A stretch of 64,000 nucleotides of DNA. Origin: a virus. Made by a program: the position numbers and the translations under genes. Below, piece after piece: positions 20,822-31,679 of this stretch; positions within the stretch are counted from its first letter, which is position 1, and each line of letters opens with the position of its first letter. The stretch covers positions 13,754-77,753 of IMG/VR virus record IMGVR_UViG_3300030117_005585; one strand, written 5' to 3'. Under the pieces are notes generated by a model, which was given only the letters and a program-made list of their open reading frames with translations, was not told the origin of the DNA and ran no database searches.

Positions 20822-21454
20822 TCAAATCCATCTCGATATTTCTCTTTTAGCAAACTTTTCTGCCTTTTCTTCCCATTTATTATCATCATGCGGGTCTAAT
20901 CCATCATAAGCAGCCATTGTACCTGCTTGTGTATATTTTTTTATATACTTTTTTACACCAATTCTTTTGGCATCAAGTGCGTGTCCTATTTCATGCAAAA
21001 TAGTCATTAAGAAATCTCTTGTTGATTTATATGATGGTCGTAATGTTATGGTGTCTGTTTCGGGCACATATTCACCAAAGTTTTTGCCAGTGCCCATTTT
21101 TATTTTTGATTTAAGTCCGTAATGTTTTAACAATTGTTTTGCAGTATCCATAAAATCCATTCTTTCTAAAATAACTCCTTCTTTAACCTGAATCTTTGAT
21201 TTGTAATTTCTTAAAACTTTTCTTGCACCAATTCCAATACCAGCATCCATCATTCGTTGTGTTATTTCATACTTATCTTTTCCTAAGTTTTTTATAAAAT
21301 AATCTGCTTTACCAACTCTACCACTATCCATTTTTCTATTCAACATTTGTTTTACTATCTTTTTGTCTTTTGCTGTTAGGTGACCTGAAAGAACTTTTAT
21401 TTTCATTTCATTAACTAAGTAAGAATGTTCCATCATCTTTTTAAACTTACCCAT
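20822..21454 (-). CDS. Zn-metallopeptidase-like (HExxH) protein, possible internal head protein
   Basis: ILHEIGHALD...WEEKAE. Confidence 0.65.
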   Translation of the reverse strand: MGKFKKMMEHSYLVNEMKIKVLSGHLTAKDKKIVKQMLNRKMDSGRVGKADYFIKNLGKDKYEITQRMMDAGIGIGARKVLRNYKSKIQVKEGVILERMDFMDTAKQLLKHYGLKSKIKMGTGKNFGEYVPETDTITLRPSYKSTRDFLMTILHEIGHALDAKRIGVKKYIKKYTQAGTMAAYDGLDPHDDNKWEEKAEKFAKREISRWI

Positions 21455-22467
21455 TACGCATCAAACCTCACTACAAAACCTAGTGCTAAATCTTTGTCAT
21501 TCTTAATAGGTGAAGATAATTGTCCTATAGCAAGTAATTCATTAAAATCATTATATAAACCAACTTTAGTTACATATGGTCGGAATTCAGAGTGTGTGGT
21601 GAATGGTTCATATCTTGTTGCTTGTTCATAGAAGTGCTTGTAAGAACCAGATTGATATTTTGCATCACCAGGTGGGAAAAATCTCCAAGAATCAGAGCCT
21701 GAAACACTAACACTTCCACTCTTTTCAAATGTTGCAGATATATTTGTAGTCGCATTGAATTCATTCTCTCCTATAACACAGAAGTAAGAGTATTCGTTTA
21801 AAGTGACCTGCGCTTTATATTCTAAATCAAACCCATCAGAACCTTCGCCTGTTCCAACATCTACAAATTTAGAACCTGTGTTTGTTATTACAATCACTCC
21901 TTCTTCATAAAAAACATTACCTGCAAAACTGGCAGTTGATTTAGTTATATCGGTGTCTAAGAATCCACCAGATGCGAATGTGGCAAAACTCTGTGATAAA
22001 TTTGTATCATATAAGTTACCTTCTCCATCATCAACCATTGTTACAGTGGATGCTGTACTGTCATCTTTTAAGGTTATGGATTTAGGTTTGATTCTTTCAC
22101 CATATAAACTTTTTGGAACTGATATTACTGAAGCTGAAGCATGTAGTAATCTGTATTGTTTACTAGAATTGGAACCAAAATTATTGTAAGGGTTTAAAGC
22201 ATTTCTGCCTGTGGTTTCTCTTTTCAAACCAGAACCCTTTTGTCTGTAGTATCTATTATTCAACATAAACCAAGCAGGTAAGTGAAAGAAAGAAGCAGAT
22301 TGATATGTATCTACACCATCTGTTGTTTTGTCGTATCCACGATGACTACCACTTACTGCTCTGAAATTGTATACAAAACTCCCACTATCCTCATTTGTTA
22401 CAGTAAATTCTTTATATACTTTGAAAGGATTTCTATCAACATCACTTGGGTCTAGTCTTTTAAACAT
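21454..22467 (-). CDS. Virion structural protein (baseplate/tail collar-like)
   Basis: C-terminal YVTKVGLYNDFNELLAIGQLSSPI motif; paralog of its neighbour. Confidence 0.7.
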   Translation of the reverse strand: MFKRLDPSDVDRNPFKVYKEFTVTNEDSGSFVYNFRAVSGSHRGYDKTTDGVDTYQSASFFHLPAWFMLNNRYYRQKGSGLKRETTGRNALNPYNNFGSNSSKQYRLLHASASVISVPKSLYGERIKPKSITLKDDSTASTVTMVDDGEGNLYDTNLSQSFATFASGGFLDTDITKSTASFAGNVFYEEGVIVITNTGSKFVDVGTGEGSDGFDLEYKAQVTLNEYSYFCVIGENEFNATTNISATFEKSGSVSVSGSDSWRFFPPGDAKYQSGSYKHFYEQATRYEPFTTHSEFRPYVTKVGLYNDFNELLAIGQLSSPIKNDKDLALGFVVRFDA

Positions 22468-22485
22468 GACCTGTATCCCCTAAAA

Positions 22486-23538
22486 TTAGAAATCTAATTT
22501 TACTTTGACAATTGCTTCTCTTGAATATGATTTCAATAATGGTTTACTTAATTTAGCGACTGCTAACAACTCACCACCATCATTATACAAACCAACTTGA
22601 GTTATGAATGTCTTTGGATTTTTGAAGAATGTAGATTGTGTAAACGAACCATCAGAAGAAGTTGCAAATGATGGATTAGAACTAAAGTTAAATTCTTTGT
22701 TTGGTATTCTACAAAAAAAGTGTTGTGAAGTAATTATCTCTTCTCTACGAGCAGCAAAATAATTAGCAGCTTCTATTTTCTCAAAAAACTTACCAACATT
22801 ACCACCCTCTGTGTTTGAAGCAAGAGATGCTGATAAAGAAGCTGACATCGGTGATGCTAATACAGGACCATTCAGTATAATAATACCTAAGTCAGGATAG
22901 AATAGTCCAAGTCCACCACCAGGTTGACTAGCAGCTGTAGTGTCAATATCAGCAGTTCCTCCTTGTATAGAACCACTTACAACATTGAATACCCTACCAC
23001 CTTGATTGACTTTAGCTTCTGTTGTTGCCCCACTATCGTCAATAAGCTTCATTATACCTTTGTTATTACTTCCACTTATATGTAATTCCCAATTGCCAGG
23101 ATCCATCTTTTCACGAAGTTGTTGTCTGGCAACTGATATAGCGTAAACGTAATCAGGTGTAATGTGAGCACCAGTTCCAGCAAATGTAAATTTGTCTTCA
23201 TTAGGTCCTAAAAGAGTTTGTGATAATTGTCTATATATACCAGCAGATGCTCTATTTCCAGCAAGACCAGTACCACCTACGGAACCACTTCCGTGAAAGT
23301 GACCATAAGCAATTGAAAATTGAACTTTGGCACTTGAATCCGATTGAGGATTTGCAGAGAAAACATCTAAGTAATGAGCAGCATTACTGCCTGATTGTAC
23401 TGAAGATGTAAAAAAAGTAGTTATAGAAGCAGCACCATCTGCCCACATACCTGAAGATACAATATCTTTTACATTAGTTATAACATCACCAGATTCTGGA
23501 CTATTTGGTGGTTGAATATTAAACTCTTTATAAATCAT
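22486..23538 (-). CDS. Virion structural protein (baseplate/tail collar-like)
   Basis: C-terminal FITQVGLYNDGGELLAVAKLSKPL motif. Confidence 0.7.
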   Translation of the reverse strand: MIYKEFNIQPPNSPESGDVITNVKDIVSSGMWADGAASITTFFTSSVQSGSNAAHYLDVFSANPQSDSSAKVQFSIAYGHFHGSGSVGGTGLAGNRASAGIYRQLSQTLLGPNEDKFTFAGTGAHITPDYVYAISVARQQLREKMDPGNWELHISGSNNKGIMKLIDDSGATTEAKVNQGGRVFNVVSGSIQGGTADIDTTAASQPGGGLGLFYPDLGIIILNGPVLASPMSASLSASLASNTEGGNVGKFFEKIEAANYFAARREEIITSQHFFCRIPNKEFNFSSNPSFATSSDGSFTQSTFFKNPKTFITQVGLYNDGGELLAVAKLSKPLLKSYSREAIVKVKLDF

Positions 23539-23555
23539 CTTTTACTCCTATAAAT

Positions 23556-24227
23556 TTAAAGTAATCCAACCGATAGGATAACATTGTTAGTTACAGTAAT
23601 TGATTTAGTAGCACCTGTATCATTTCCTATAATAGTTAATTGTGTTGATTTACCTGCCGATGTTGTACTATCTGGAGATAAAGGTAATACACCAATTCTT
23701 ACAGTTGAAGCAACAAGAGTTTTACTATTAGGTACATCATCATCACCTAAGAAAAATGGTGTGGTAGCACCAGCTCCAGTAGCACCAGCAGCCTGTCCAA
23801 CATTCATACTCACAATACTTTGGTCATGTAAAATAAATGTGTATGATTGATCTGAAACATTAGCAGTAGTTGGTGTGACTGTAACTCTTGGTTGATTTAA
23901 ACCACCACCCGCATTGAAAGACACTGCTTCTGGCTGTACATTAAGTATTGGCATCTTTTGAGTGTTCTTCGGAAGTGTTACTAACTTGTATCTTAATACA
24001 TGATTTTCATCAGGAAAAGCTTCTAACAATGGCATGTTTTCTATAGCTGCTCCATAAAAATCGGTTCCATTTGGATGTGAGGTGTCGAATAAACGATAAT
24101 CAACCTCATCATCTGATAAAGCAAATTTTGTAATATTAAATGCATTTGTACCTTGTGCTAATAACTCTCGACCTTTCTTAGTTAATATAGCATCTACGGT
24201 AACTGTAGTGTTATTCAGAAATCCCAT
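23556..24227 (-). CDS. Virion structural protein (baseplate/tail)
   Basis: N-terminal VDAILTKKGRELLA...ITKFALSDDEVDY motif typical of large myovirus tail blocks. Confidence 0.7.
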   Translation of the reverse strand: MGFLNNTTVTVDAILTKKGRELLAQGTNAFNITKFALSDDEVDYRLFDTSHPNGTDFYGAAIENMPLLEAFPDENHVLRYKLVTLPKNTQKMPILNVQPEAVSFNAGGGLNQPRVTVTPTTANVSDQSYTFILHDQSIVSMNVGQAAGATGAGATTPFFLGDDDVPNSKTLVASTVRIGVLPLSPDSTTSAGKSTQLTIIGNDTGATKSITVTNNVILSVGLL

Positions 24228-24308
24228 AAAAAACTCCTAATTTGTGTTTTGGATTGTATAATTTGATTCATATATAAATATTACCATTTTGATTTTTTAT
24301 TAAAAAAA

Positions 24309-27300
24309 TTATCTCCTACCTCTACGACCTCTTCTTTTTTTCTTTCTAGTTTTCTTTCTTTTTCTATTTATCTTACTTCCTAAGTCACGCGCAGATGTAT
24401 CACTGCGACCTGCAACACCAGGTAATATAGTTGGCGTAATTCTACCTGACATTCCTTTTACTTTTGGTTTTCTTTTCTTCTTTCTCTTTTTAATCCTTTT
24501 CTTTTTTCTGAAGTCATTGATAGTTTCTTCTAACTCACTTTGATTTAGAGGACGACCAAGAGATTCTTGAGCCTGCTTAATAGCAGCATCAGGTGAAGCT
24601 GGTACTCTTTTAATCTTATCACGTGTTCCTTTTTTACGTTTTCGTTTAAATTTAGCAACAATTCCTTCACCAGTATCTAATGTGGATTCACCTTCATCTT
24701 TTTGTACTAGTTTCGTAGGTGCTACTCTTGTTACCTCAACAGGTGGGCCGCCATCTTGTGTGGTTTTAAGTGTATTTTTAACTCCAGCGTAATATGAATT
24801 AAATCTTGCTTGACATTGTTCTACTAAATTGTCTATATCAACATTAAAGAATGAAGATGAGTTTGCTAATCCTAAAGATGCACTTGCTTGTGTACTAAAA
24901 AATTTCATTATCTTTTGATTATTACCGTAAATTCTAGACCCACTAATAACTGGTTGTAGAACTTCTTTATAGTGTACATCATCCCCAAATGTAACCGAAC
25001 CTGATACATAATCACCTGGTTGTTTCAAATTTTGCCAAAAAGGTATATCGAGAAATCTATCTTTAATCTCAGAACCAGATGCTTCCTTTGTTAAATATTC
25101 TCCACTTGATGATAGAACAGAAGAGCCTGTCTCATAACTAAACATATCAACTCTACCAGTCCACTGTTCGTAATCAGTAATTGATAATCCCGCATTGAAA
25201 GAAGCAGTAACAACTATTTGAGAGTCTACATCTATCGACTCACTAAAATATGGTTGAGTAAAAACAGGATCTCTTCCAATAATTACTTTTGGTCTTTCAA
25301 AAATATTTGGTTCAACAAGAATACCCAAATTAGGTTTGGCTCTTGCCGGTATCATCTTTCTAACTTGTGGAAACAATGATTGGTCATAATACTTTAGTAG
25401 TCTTATATAATCCCAAAAATTATTTGGAGATGTATATTTTTGCCAGTAGTTATCGGCTACATTTTTTAAACCACGATAATCTTGTTCAGTTTTGTCTCTT
25501 GGGTCTCCTAAGAAATTATCAAAATTAAGATTTGCAACAGAATTTATGATATCATTATTTATGACATCTGTTGGAGCAAAGAAAACACCAACCTTATTTG
25601 AGTCATTTGGGGCTGTATCGTAAGCACTTATTGTTGCTCTTTTGTCAGCATTTAAATTGAAACCTGGCCTTAGTTTATTAGACTCCACCCTAATTTTATT
25701 TGTAACTCTTCTCAAAGCACCAATACTTGGTATGTTTGTTTTTGTCTCATCTGTTATTGCTCTAAAAAAGTTGCCTGTAAATCCATCATGAGAACCTGAG
25801 TATGTAGTGGTTTGATTTGCACTTACATCACGAATACCATCTGTATCGGTGTTTAAATCTTTATTATCATCAAATGAATATCTCAATACTAAATTATTAT
25901 AGGAAGATGATATTGTATTACCATCAAAAGCTTTAGGATTACCAATGTGATTTCTAAATGAGCCAGTATTTAATGTTTCTGTCCAATGCCTGTATTCCAT
26001 TATCGAACCACTAAACTGAACACCTACTAATGGGTCATCTGCTTGACCACCTATGTAGATTTCACCAGGTGTGGCGTAGGCACCTATGTAAGATGAAGAA
26101 GCAGCAACATTTAAATCCATTACTGAAGTGGAGAATTTGTCTATTTTACTTCTTCCAGCATCATAATGTCCAACATGCAATTCAATCGATTGTGATATAC
26201 CTAATGTCGAATCAGAACCAGACATTCTTCTTACCATTACAGAATAAAAATCACCATCATACACAGGAAAATTAGAAGAAGATATTTCCTTCAATCCATC
26301 AGAACCACTCAGTTGAAAAGCAACATGCCCAAAATTATCATCAGAATCATTGTCTTTAAGTCTAATGTAAAAACTTGAGGACACATTAGGGCTGGTTGGT
26401 TCCTTTTCTACTAATATCTGATTTGAGCCGGTAGCAGCTCTAAATCTCAATTCAATAGTATCTGGCGTTCTATTAGAAGAATCATCAGTAGTCCAAATAG
26501 TTTTCACAAACTGACTATTTCTAAAATCTAGTGCTCTTGTAAACTTTCTGGCAATCTCAAACTGTGGTGTAGCATCGTCTGGTAAATCAGGACCACCGTA
26601 TTCTTTGACTCTTAATATTGTTGATGGTATACCATAGGCACTTATCAAACCTTTTATAGCCCTTACACTTCCTTTATTCTTCAGGAAGAAAGGCATATTA
26701 TTAATAATACGACTCCAAATTTCTCTTGATACGTCTCTTTCAGATGTAGTTGAATAATCGTTGTATGCTGAACCTGTCACCTCTTTACCTAAAGCATACT
26801 TTGATAAAGAAATCATATCCTTACCATCATTGAGTTCCCACCCAAGGGATTGACCAACACTTTTCAGTAAGTCTCGCGATATACCCTCTGTGAGTTTTTC
26901 CCTTCTATCAAAGACATCGGTTAAACCTTTTATATATACCCAAACATTGTCGAAGTGGTGTGCTATCATATCAACTAAAGTTAAGTAAGTCTTATTCGAA
27001 ACATCATTTCTGATATGTAATGGAATAATATTACTTAACTTATTAAAGTTTTCTAAATCGTATAATGAACCACTTTGCATCTGTTCCCCAAACCAACTTA
27101 CAGCTTGAGAAGAAGTCGCGTGTGCCAAAATGTACGGATCGGTTATTGTGCCTGAACCACCTGTTTTTGGCCAAGCATTATCGTAAAACTCTCCTAAAGA
27201 ACTTGTAACAAAAGAAGAACTTTTGTAATACATATAATTTTCGAAAGGGTCGAAATTATTCTTCACATCTTTTATTTCATTGTGATAAAAATTCAAATCG

Positions 27301-30300
27301 GATTGTGAACCACTTATTCCTATATAGGAGGAACTAACTATTTTTAATGATTCAATTTGTTCTACTTTAAATTTAAAATTGGATATTCTTTTTTCAGCAG
27401 AACTAAAGTTTATAAAATTTTCGAATCTTGTAAAATCTACATTCAATTCAACACTATCCAAACTTTGACTTAAAAATTCATTCTGTAGTTCATTTGATAT
27501 AAATGCATCTTCAGATAATATATCACCTTCGGTTTTGTAATCAGTTGTTCTGACTTGAATAGGACTTTCAACATTCATCAAATCAGGATCTCTAAGAACA
27601 ATATCACCCACTTCGGTGTCTATGAAATCAACGATTTCTACATTTTCAATTACAGGATCTGCCATTTCTTTCACAACTGTACATTCACTAAGCGGTGATA
27701 TATCAGACGGTAATGCCTCATACATTTTATAAGTTACAGAGTAAGGATATGGATTGCTTGTTACATCTTTTTTGAAGTTAGTCGTTAAAAAAGTTCTATT
27801 TCCAAATTTGAGATAAGTTCTTAAATCATATGGATTATACACCAAATAAGAAATTTCAAAATTTGAATAATCTATTGGCTGATCACCTTCAACAAGATAT
27901 TGCTGACCATCCTCCGTAGTTAGGGCATTTGCTGCCTCTTCATATGAACGATTTATATCTATACGATTACCATTGTGATGAATATTTCTTATCTGTGCTG
28001 TGAACGGTTTGTAAATAGGTGTTTGTGTTTCTTGTGAATTCAATGTAATATCGGCAAAGATATTATCAACCCAAGTAACACCATATGCTGTATCGGGTGT
28101 TAAACTGTCATCCCATACATTGTGTCCATTAATTTTCAAAAACCAAGGTGCAGAAAGATTCCAATCCTCAGGAATCTCTATTGCAGTTTCATAAGAAGCC
28201 CAGCCACCAGCAGTTGTTGCATAATAGGGTTCAACAATCGTACTATAGCTGTATACAGGTGCTCCCTCTAATGAGTTCCATTCCGCATTGTCTCCATCCC
28301 ACCGCCATTGATTTTGTGGACTTAAAGCTCCATCTTTGTAAGGATCGGGATCGAAAGAAAGTATCTCAGTGCCATCGTCATATACTGCATTAGGATTATA
28401 GTTGTCAGCAGCTGGATTTCTAGGCCCAAATATTAAATCTGCTCCACCAGTATCAACTTCACCTGCACCAAATGCGAAAGAAGTGACAGCTTTTTGACTA
28501 CGCACTCCATCTTGTCTGGCATCATTGTTCATTTTGTAGTATGTATCACCTATTATACAAGACCATACTGTAAAATGCCCACCATATATATCTCTTGAAA
28601 ACGCAACATCCCATTCAGATGGTAAACCAGAAAATCCGTCTACCGCAAAATTTGCTGGGTAATCCTCATCAAAGAATGTACCACCACTACCTTCTTCAAA
28701 AAAGTCTCCATCTCCGTCACCCATTCTCCAAAACTGATTAGTACCTTTTATAGCAAAATAATGTTGAAATTTGCCTCCAGATCCACCTTTCTTTTGAAGC
28801 ATAACTTCAAATTCACCACCATTACTATTTAATATATTATTAAAATCTTGATCTAGATCTATCCACTTTTTTAGTCCATCGTCATTTCCACCACCGCCTA
28901 TTTCAGGAGAAAATTGTTCAACCATAAATGCTCTATTACAATCATCTTCACCTGAACCATTGGTGTAAAATACTATGAAAAAACCTACACGAATTGCGTT
29001 ACTACCAGTTTTTCTTGTTCTTGTTATACTTTGTATTCTTCCATTTTCAAAAATATCATCGTAAAGTGTTTTGCCTGTGTCCTCAACTATAAAATTTCTA
29101 ACAGCTGGAAAAAAATCATCAAATTTGTAAACTTCAACATCATTAGCATTAGCAGTAAATGATTCTTTTAGTATCCAAATCAAGTCATCTTTAATCAACA
29201 TAATTTTGTCTTGTGATCCTCCCGGATCCTCCTTTGATATTATCGTACCAGTTTGCCATCCAGCATTTTCACCTGGTCTGGTGTTTCTTTGATAGATTGG
29301 CTCACCTTGTCCAGGAAACTGATACGGATGTGCATTAGCAACATTGTTATAATCATCGGGATTAACAGTACCAACAGGTGCACCTGGCGCTGAACCAGCA
29401 ACAGTTGTATTCCAAGTACCAGCACCATCCCATCTCCATTCACCGCCAGGACTTAATTCACCTTGCTTTGTATATTCAGGACCTAAGTTTGGTTTCCATT
29501 GATATATTGTACCTGATTTGCTTTCGATTATCCACGCACCCTCCCCTATTCTAGTGGTTTCAGTGGTGTCACCCACCTCACCAACAAAAAAGTCTAAATT
29601 GTATTGATTTAATATCTGAGCTTGTCTAGCTGGTGGCTGTGGTTCGATAGTCTGTGCATTTCCACTCGTATTAGCTAAGTAGCCATTAGGTGTTGGCGGC
29701 ACTGCTTCTGTTGGCTCTACAGGATTGAAGGGATCGAAGTATCCTTCAGGTGGAGCAGTTGGTTTTGGTTCATTGAATATGCCAAGTGGATATATTAACT
29801 CCATACTAACACCTTTACCGATAAGAGTGCTCTTCATATCAAATTCAATATTTATTTCATCTCCTGCACTAGCTCCAAGCGATTGTAGTTCTAATATTTC
29901 CTGCTTGACAGATAATTCTCTATGCCCATCGGTTACAGGCCAAGACTCATAATCTACGAATACATTATTTTGGTCAATAAATTTAAGACAGTTTCCTCCT
30001 TGATTTCCTTCATTCCTAACAAACTTTGCATGATATCCTATACCAGAACTCCCAGCATGAACGGTATCGGTTAAACCATTGTAGCCAGAAGTCCAATTTA
30101 TTAATTTTATAGCATCACTGTGTAGACTTGAATCCCACGCCGCTTCTATTATTGCAGGCTGACCAGTATTTGTATCAACCTCTATATCTTCAAAAGTATC
30201 ATTTGAAATTATATTTAAATCAGTTCTTACTGTTTGTGTCTGATATCCCATTAGAAAAGCATCTGGTAAAGTAATCGTACCGCCAATCATATTATTAGTG

Positions 30301-31070
30301 AAAACAAAACCACCAGGTGCTGATGCTATTTCTAAAGTTTTAGAAGTGTTGTAATTTGTAGGTGGTGGTCCTGTTCCGGCATTGAAACCAGGTATAGAGG
30401 ATGGGTCTTGATAAACTTCTTTAAATGATATACCCTCATCTATATATTCTATTCTTGTTGATTCCTGTAATTTTTGAAAATCGGTTATATATTGATGTCC
30501 GTCAGCCCCACCAAGAAAAGAATCCTCAATGTTTTTAGCTCTTAACCTTACTTCTGTTCTAGAATTAGATACAGCATCGATTATATACTTGTAGTCGGTT
30601 ATAAGTAGAGTTTCAGCAATATCAGGATTTGCGTTGTATTCTTCTTCCGTTCCTTTGAAAATTTTACCAGTATTATCGATAAATATATTTGATGCATCTT
30701 GATTCAATATGTATATTTCATCTTCAAAACCAGGCTTTGTTCTAAGTAATACAGGCTTTTCTCTACCACCTAATTCCCTTAAAAATCTGTATCTTATCTG
30801 AAATGTTCCTGTTTCAAAACCAAAATTTTCTTTTAAATTTTTTGCAGGTTTTAATTTTACAAAAACATCCTCTGTTTCTGCAAAAGCATCGGCAATACTT
30901 AAATCCTGATATTCAATAAAGTTACCACCGCTATCATACAACTCTATCAATACTTTATCTTTTGTAGGATTAGCACCCCAATTACCATTCTCATATGGCT
31001 TATTGCCCACTCTTTTTGTGATTCCACGAAGTAATCTTTCTCTATCTGCTGGTTTTAAAGCACTGGACAT
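24309..31070 (-). CDS. Very large virion structural (baseplate-associated) protein
   Basis: 2253 aa in the baseplate block; FFLKNKGSVRAIKGLISAYGIP wedge-like motif, LamG-like segment, basic C-terminal tail. Confidence 0.7.
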   Translation of the reverse strand: MSSALKPADRERLLRGITKRVGNKPYENGNWGANPTKDKVLIELYDSGGNFIEYQDLSIADAFAETEDVFVKLKPAKNLKENFGFETGTFQIRYRFLRELGGREKPVLLRTKPGFEDEIYILNQDASNIFIDNTGKIFKGTEEEYNANPDIAETLLITDYKYIIDAVSNSRTEVRLRAKNIEDSFLGGADGHQYITDFQKLQESTRIEYIDEGISFKEVYQDPSSIPGFNAGTGPPPTNYNTSKTLEIASAPGGFVFTNNMIGGTITLPDAFLMGYQTQTVRTDLNIISNDTFEDIEVDTNTGQPAIIEAAWDSSLHSDAIKLINWTSGYNGLTDTVHAGSSGIGYHAKFVRNEGNQGGNCLKFIDQNNVFVDYESWPVTDGHRELSVKQEILELQSLGASAGDEINIEFDMKSTLIGKGVSMELIYPLGIFNEPKPTAPPEGYFDPFNPVEPTEAVPPTPNGYLANTSGNAQTIEPQPPARQAQILNQYNLDFFVGEVGDTTETTRIGEGAWIIESKSGTIYQWKPNLGPEYTKQGELSPGGEWRWDGAGTWNTTVAGSAPGAPVGTVNPDDYNNVANAHPYQFPGQGEPIYQRNTRPGENAGWQTGTIISKEDPGGSQDKIMLIKDDLIWILKESFTANANDVEVYKFDDFFPAVRNFIVEDTGKTLYDDIFENGRIQSITRTRKTGSNAIRVGFFIVFYTNGSGEDDCNRAFMVEQFSPEIGGGGNDDGLKKWIDLDQDFNNILNSNGGEFEVMLQKKGGSGGKFQHYFAIKGTNQFWRMGDGDGDFFEEGSGGTFFDEDYPANFAVDGFSGLPSEWDVAFSRDIYGGHFTVWSCIIGDTYYKMNNDARQDGVRSQKAVTSFAFGAGEVDTGGADLIFGPRNPAADNYNPNAVYDDGTEILSFDPDPYKDGALSPQNQWRWDGDNAEWNSLEGAPVYSYSTIVEPYYATTAGGWASYETAIEIPEDWNLSAPWFLKINGHNVWDDSLTPDTAYGVTWVDNIFADITLNSQETQTPIYKPFTAQIRNIHHNGNRIDINRSYEEAANALTTEDGQQYLVEGDQPIDYSNFEISYLVYNPYDLRTYLKFGNRTFLTTNFKKDVTSNPYPYSVTYKMYEALPSDISPLSECTVVKEMADPVIENVEIVDFIDTEVGDIVLRDPDLMNVESPIQVRTTDYKTEGDILSEDAFISNELQNEFLSQSLDSVELNVDFTRFENFINFSSAEKRISNFKFKVEQIESLKIVSSSYIGISGSQSDLNFYHNEIKDVKNNFDPFENYMYYKSSSFVTSSLGEFYDNAWPKTGGSGTITDPYILAHATSSQAVSWFGEQMQSGSLYDLENFNKLSNIIPLHIRNDVSNKTYLTLVDMIAHHFDNVWVYIKGLTDVFDRREKLTEGISRDLLKSVGQSLGWELNDGKDMISLSKYALGKEVTGSAYNDYSTTSERDVSREIWSRIINNMPFFLKNKGSVRAIKGLISAYGIPSTILRVKEYGGPDLPDDATPQFEIARKFTRALDFRNSQFVKTIWTTDDSSNRTPDTIELRFRAATGSNQILVEKEPTSPNVSSSFYIRLKDNDSDDNFGHVAFQLSGSDGLKEISSSNFPVYDGDFYSVMVRRMSGSDSTLGISQSIELHVGHYDAGRSKIDKFSTSVMDLNVAASSSYIGAYATPGEIYIGGQADDPLVGVQFSGSIMEYRHWTETLNTGSFRNHIGNPKAFDGNTISSSYNNLVLRYSFDDNKDLNTDTDGIRDVSANQTTTYSGSHDGFTGNFFRAITDETKTNIPSIGALRRVTNKIRVESNKLRPGFNLNADKRATISAYDTAPNDSNKVGVFFAPTDVINNDIINSVANLNFDNFLGDPRDKTEQDYRGLKNVADNYWQKYTSPNNFWDYIRLLKYYDQSLFPQVRKMIPARAKPNLGILVEPNIFERPKVIIGRDPVFTQPYFSESIDVDSQIVVTASFNAGLSITDYEQWTGRVDMFSYETGSSVLSSSGEYLTKEASGSEIKDRFLDIPFWQNLKQPGDYVSGSVTFGDDVHYKEVLQPVISGSRIYGNNQKIMKFFSTQASASLGLANSSSFFNVDIDNLVEQCQARFNSYYAGVKNTLKTTQDGGPPVEVTRVAPTKLVQKDEGESTLDTGEGIVAKFKRKRKKGTRDKIKRVPASPDAAIKQAQESLGRPLNQSELEETINDFRKKKRIKKRKKKRKPKVKGMSGRITPTILPGVAGRSDTSARDLGSKINRKRKKTRKKKRRGRRGRR

Positions 31071-31375
31071 TATAGCTCTCTTATATCTCTATCTATTATC
31101 TGATTTATTGTATCATCATCTTTTAATTGTTCCACAACAGTAGTGGCAAATAAAGTGGTTGTTTCATCATCATACAACTCCCCTGTGTAAGGATTTTCAA
31201 AAAGTTTTATAGTACCGCTTTCGTCTCTAGTAATTAAACTACCATCATATGCTGAACCCGATACCGATATCTTTGTCTTTAGCCTTTCTATTTGTGTTAA
31301 ATACTGCTGTTCATCTTCATCGATAAGATTTTGATAAAATGTATTGTTTTTAAGTTCTTCTTTTGTGTATGGCAT
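31070..31375 (-). CDS. Hypothetical structural-block protein
   Basis: 101 aa, coupled to both neighbours. Confidence 0.65.
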   Translation of the reverse strand: MPYTKEELKNNTFYQNLIDEDEQQYLTQIERLKTKISVSGSAYDGSLITRDESGTIKLFENPYTGELYDDETTTLFATTVVEQLKDDDTINQIIDRDIREL

Positions 31376-31677
31376 TAATCCATCTCCCTACCGAAAAAAT
31401 CATAATTTAGTTTTATGTACTTTTCCCACTCAGCCGGAACCTCTGATTCTTCATAAATTGCTTCTACTGGACATTCGGGTTCACAAGCAGCACAATCTAT
31501 ACATTCATCAGGATCAATGTAAAGTGAATCGGTTTCCTTTGGGATAAAACCATCTGCTTTTGCCTCTTCACCTGAACCCTCTTTATCATAAGGCCCGTGA
31601 ATACAATCTACTGGACAAACCTCAACACAAGCAGTATCGCAAGTTCCTACACATGGTTCTACTATTATATATGGCAT
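31375..31677 (-). CDS. Dicluster Fe-S ferredoxin (auxiliary metabolic gene)
   Basis: CVGTCDTACVEVCPVDC and CIDCAACEPECPVEAI. Confidence 0.95.
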   Translation of the reverse strand: MPYIIVEPCVGTCDTACVEVCPVDCIHGPYDKEGSGEEAKADGFIPKETDSLYIDPDECIDCAACEPECPVEAIYEESEVPAEWEKYIKLNYDFFGREMD

Positions 31678-31679
31678 TT

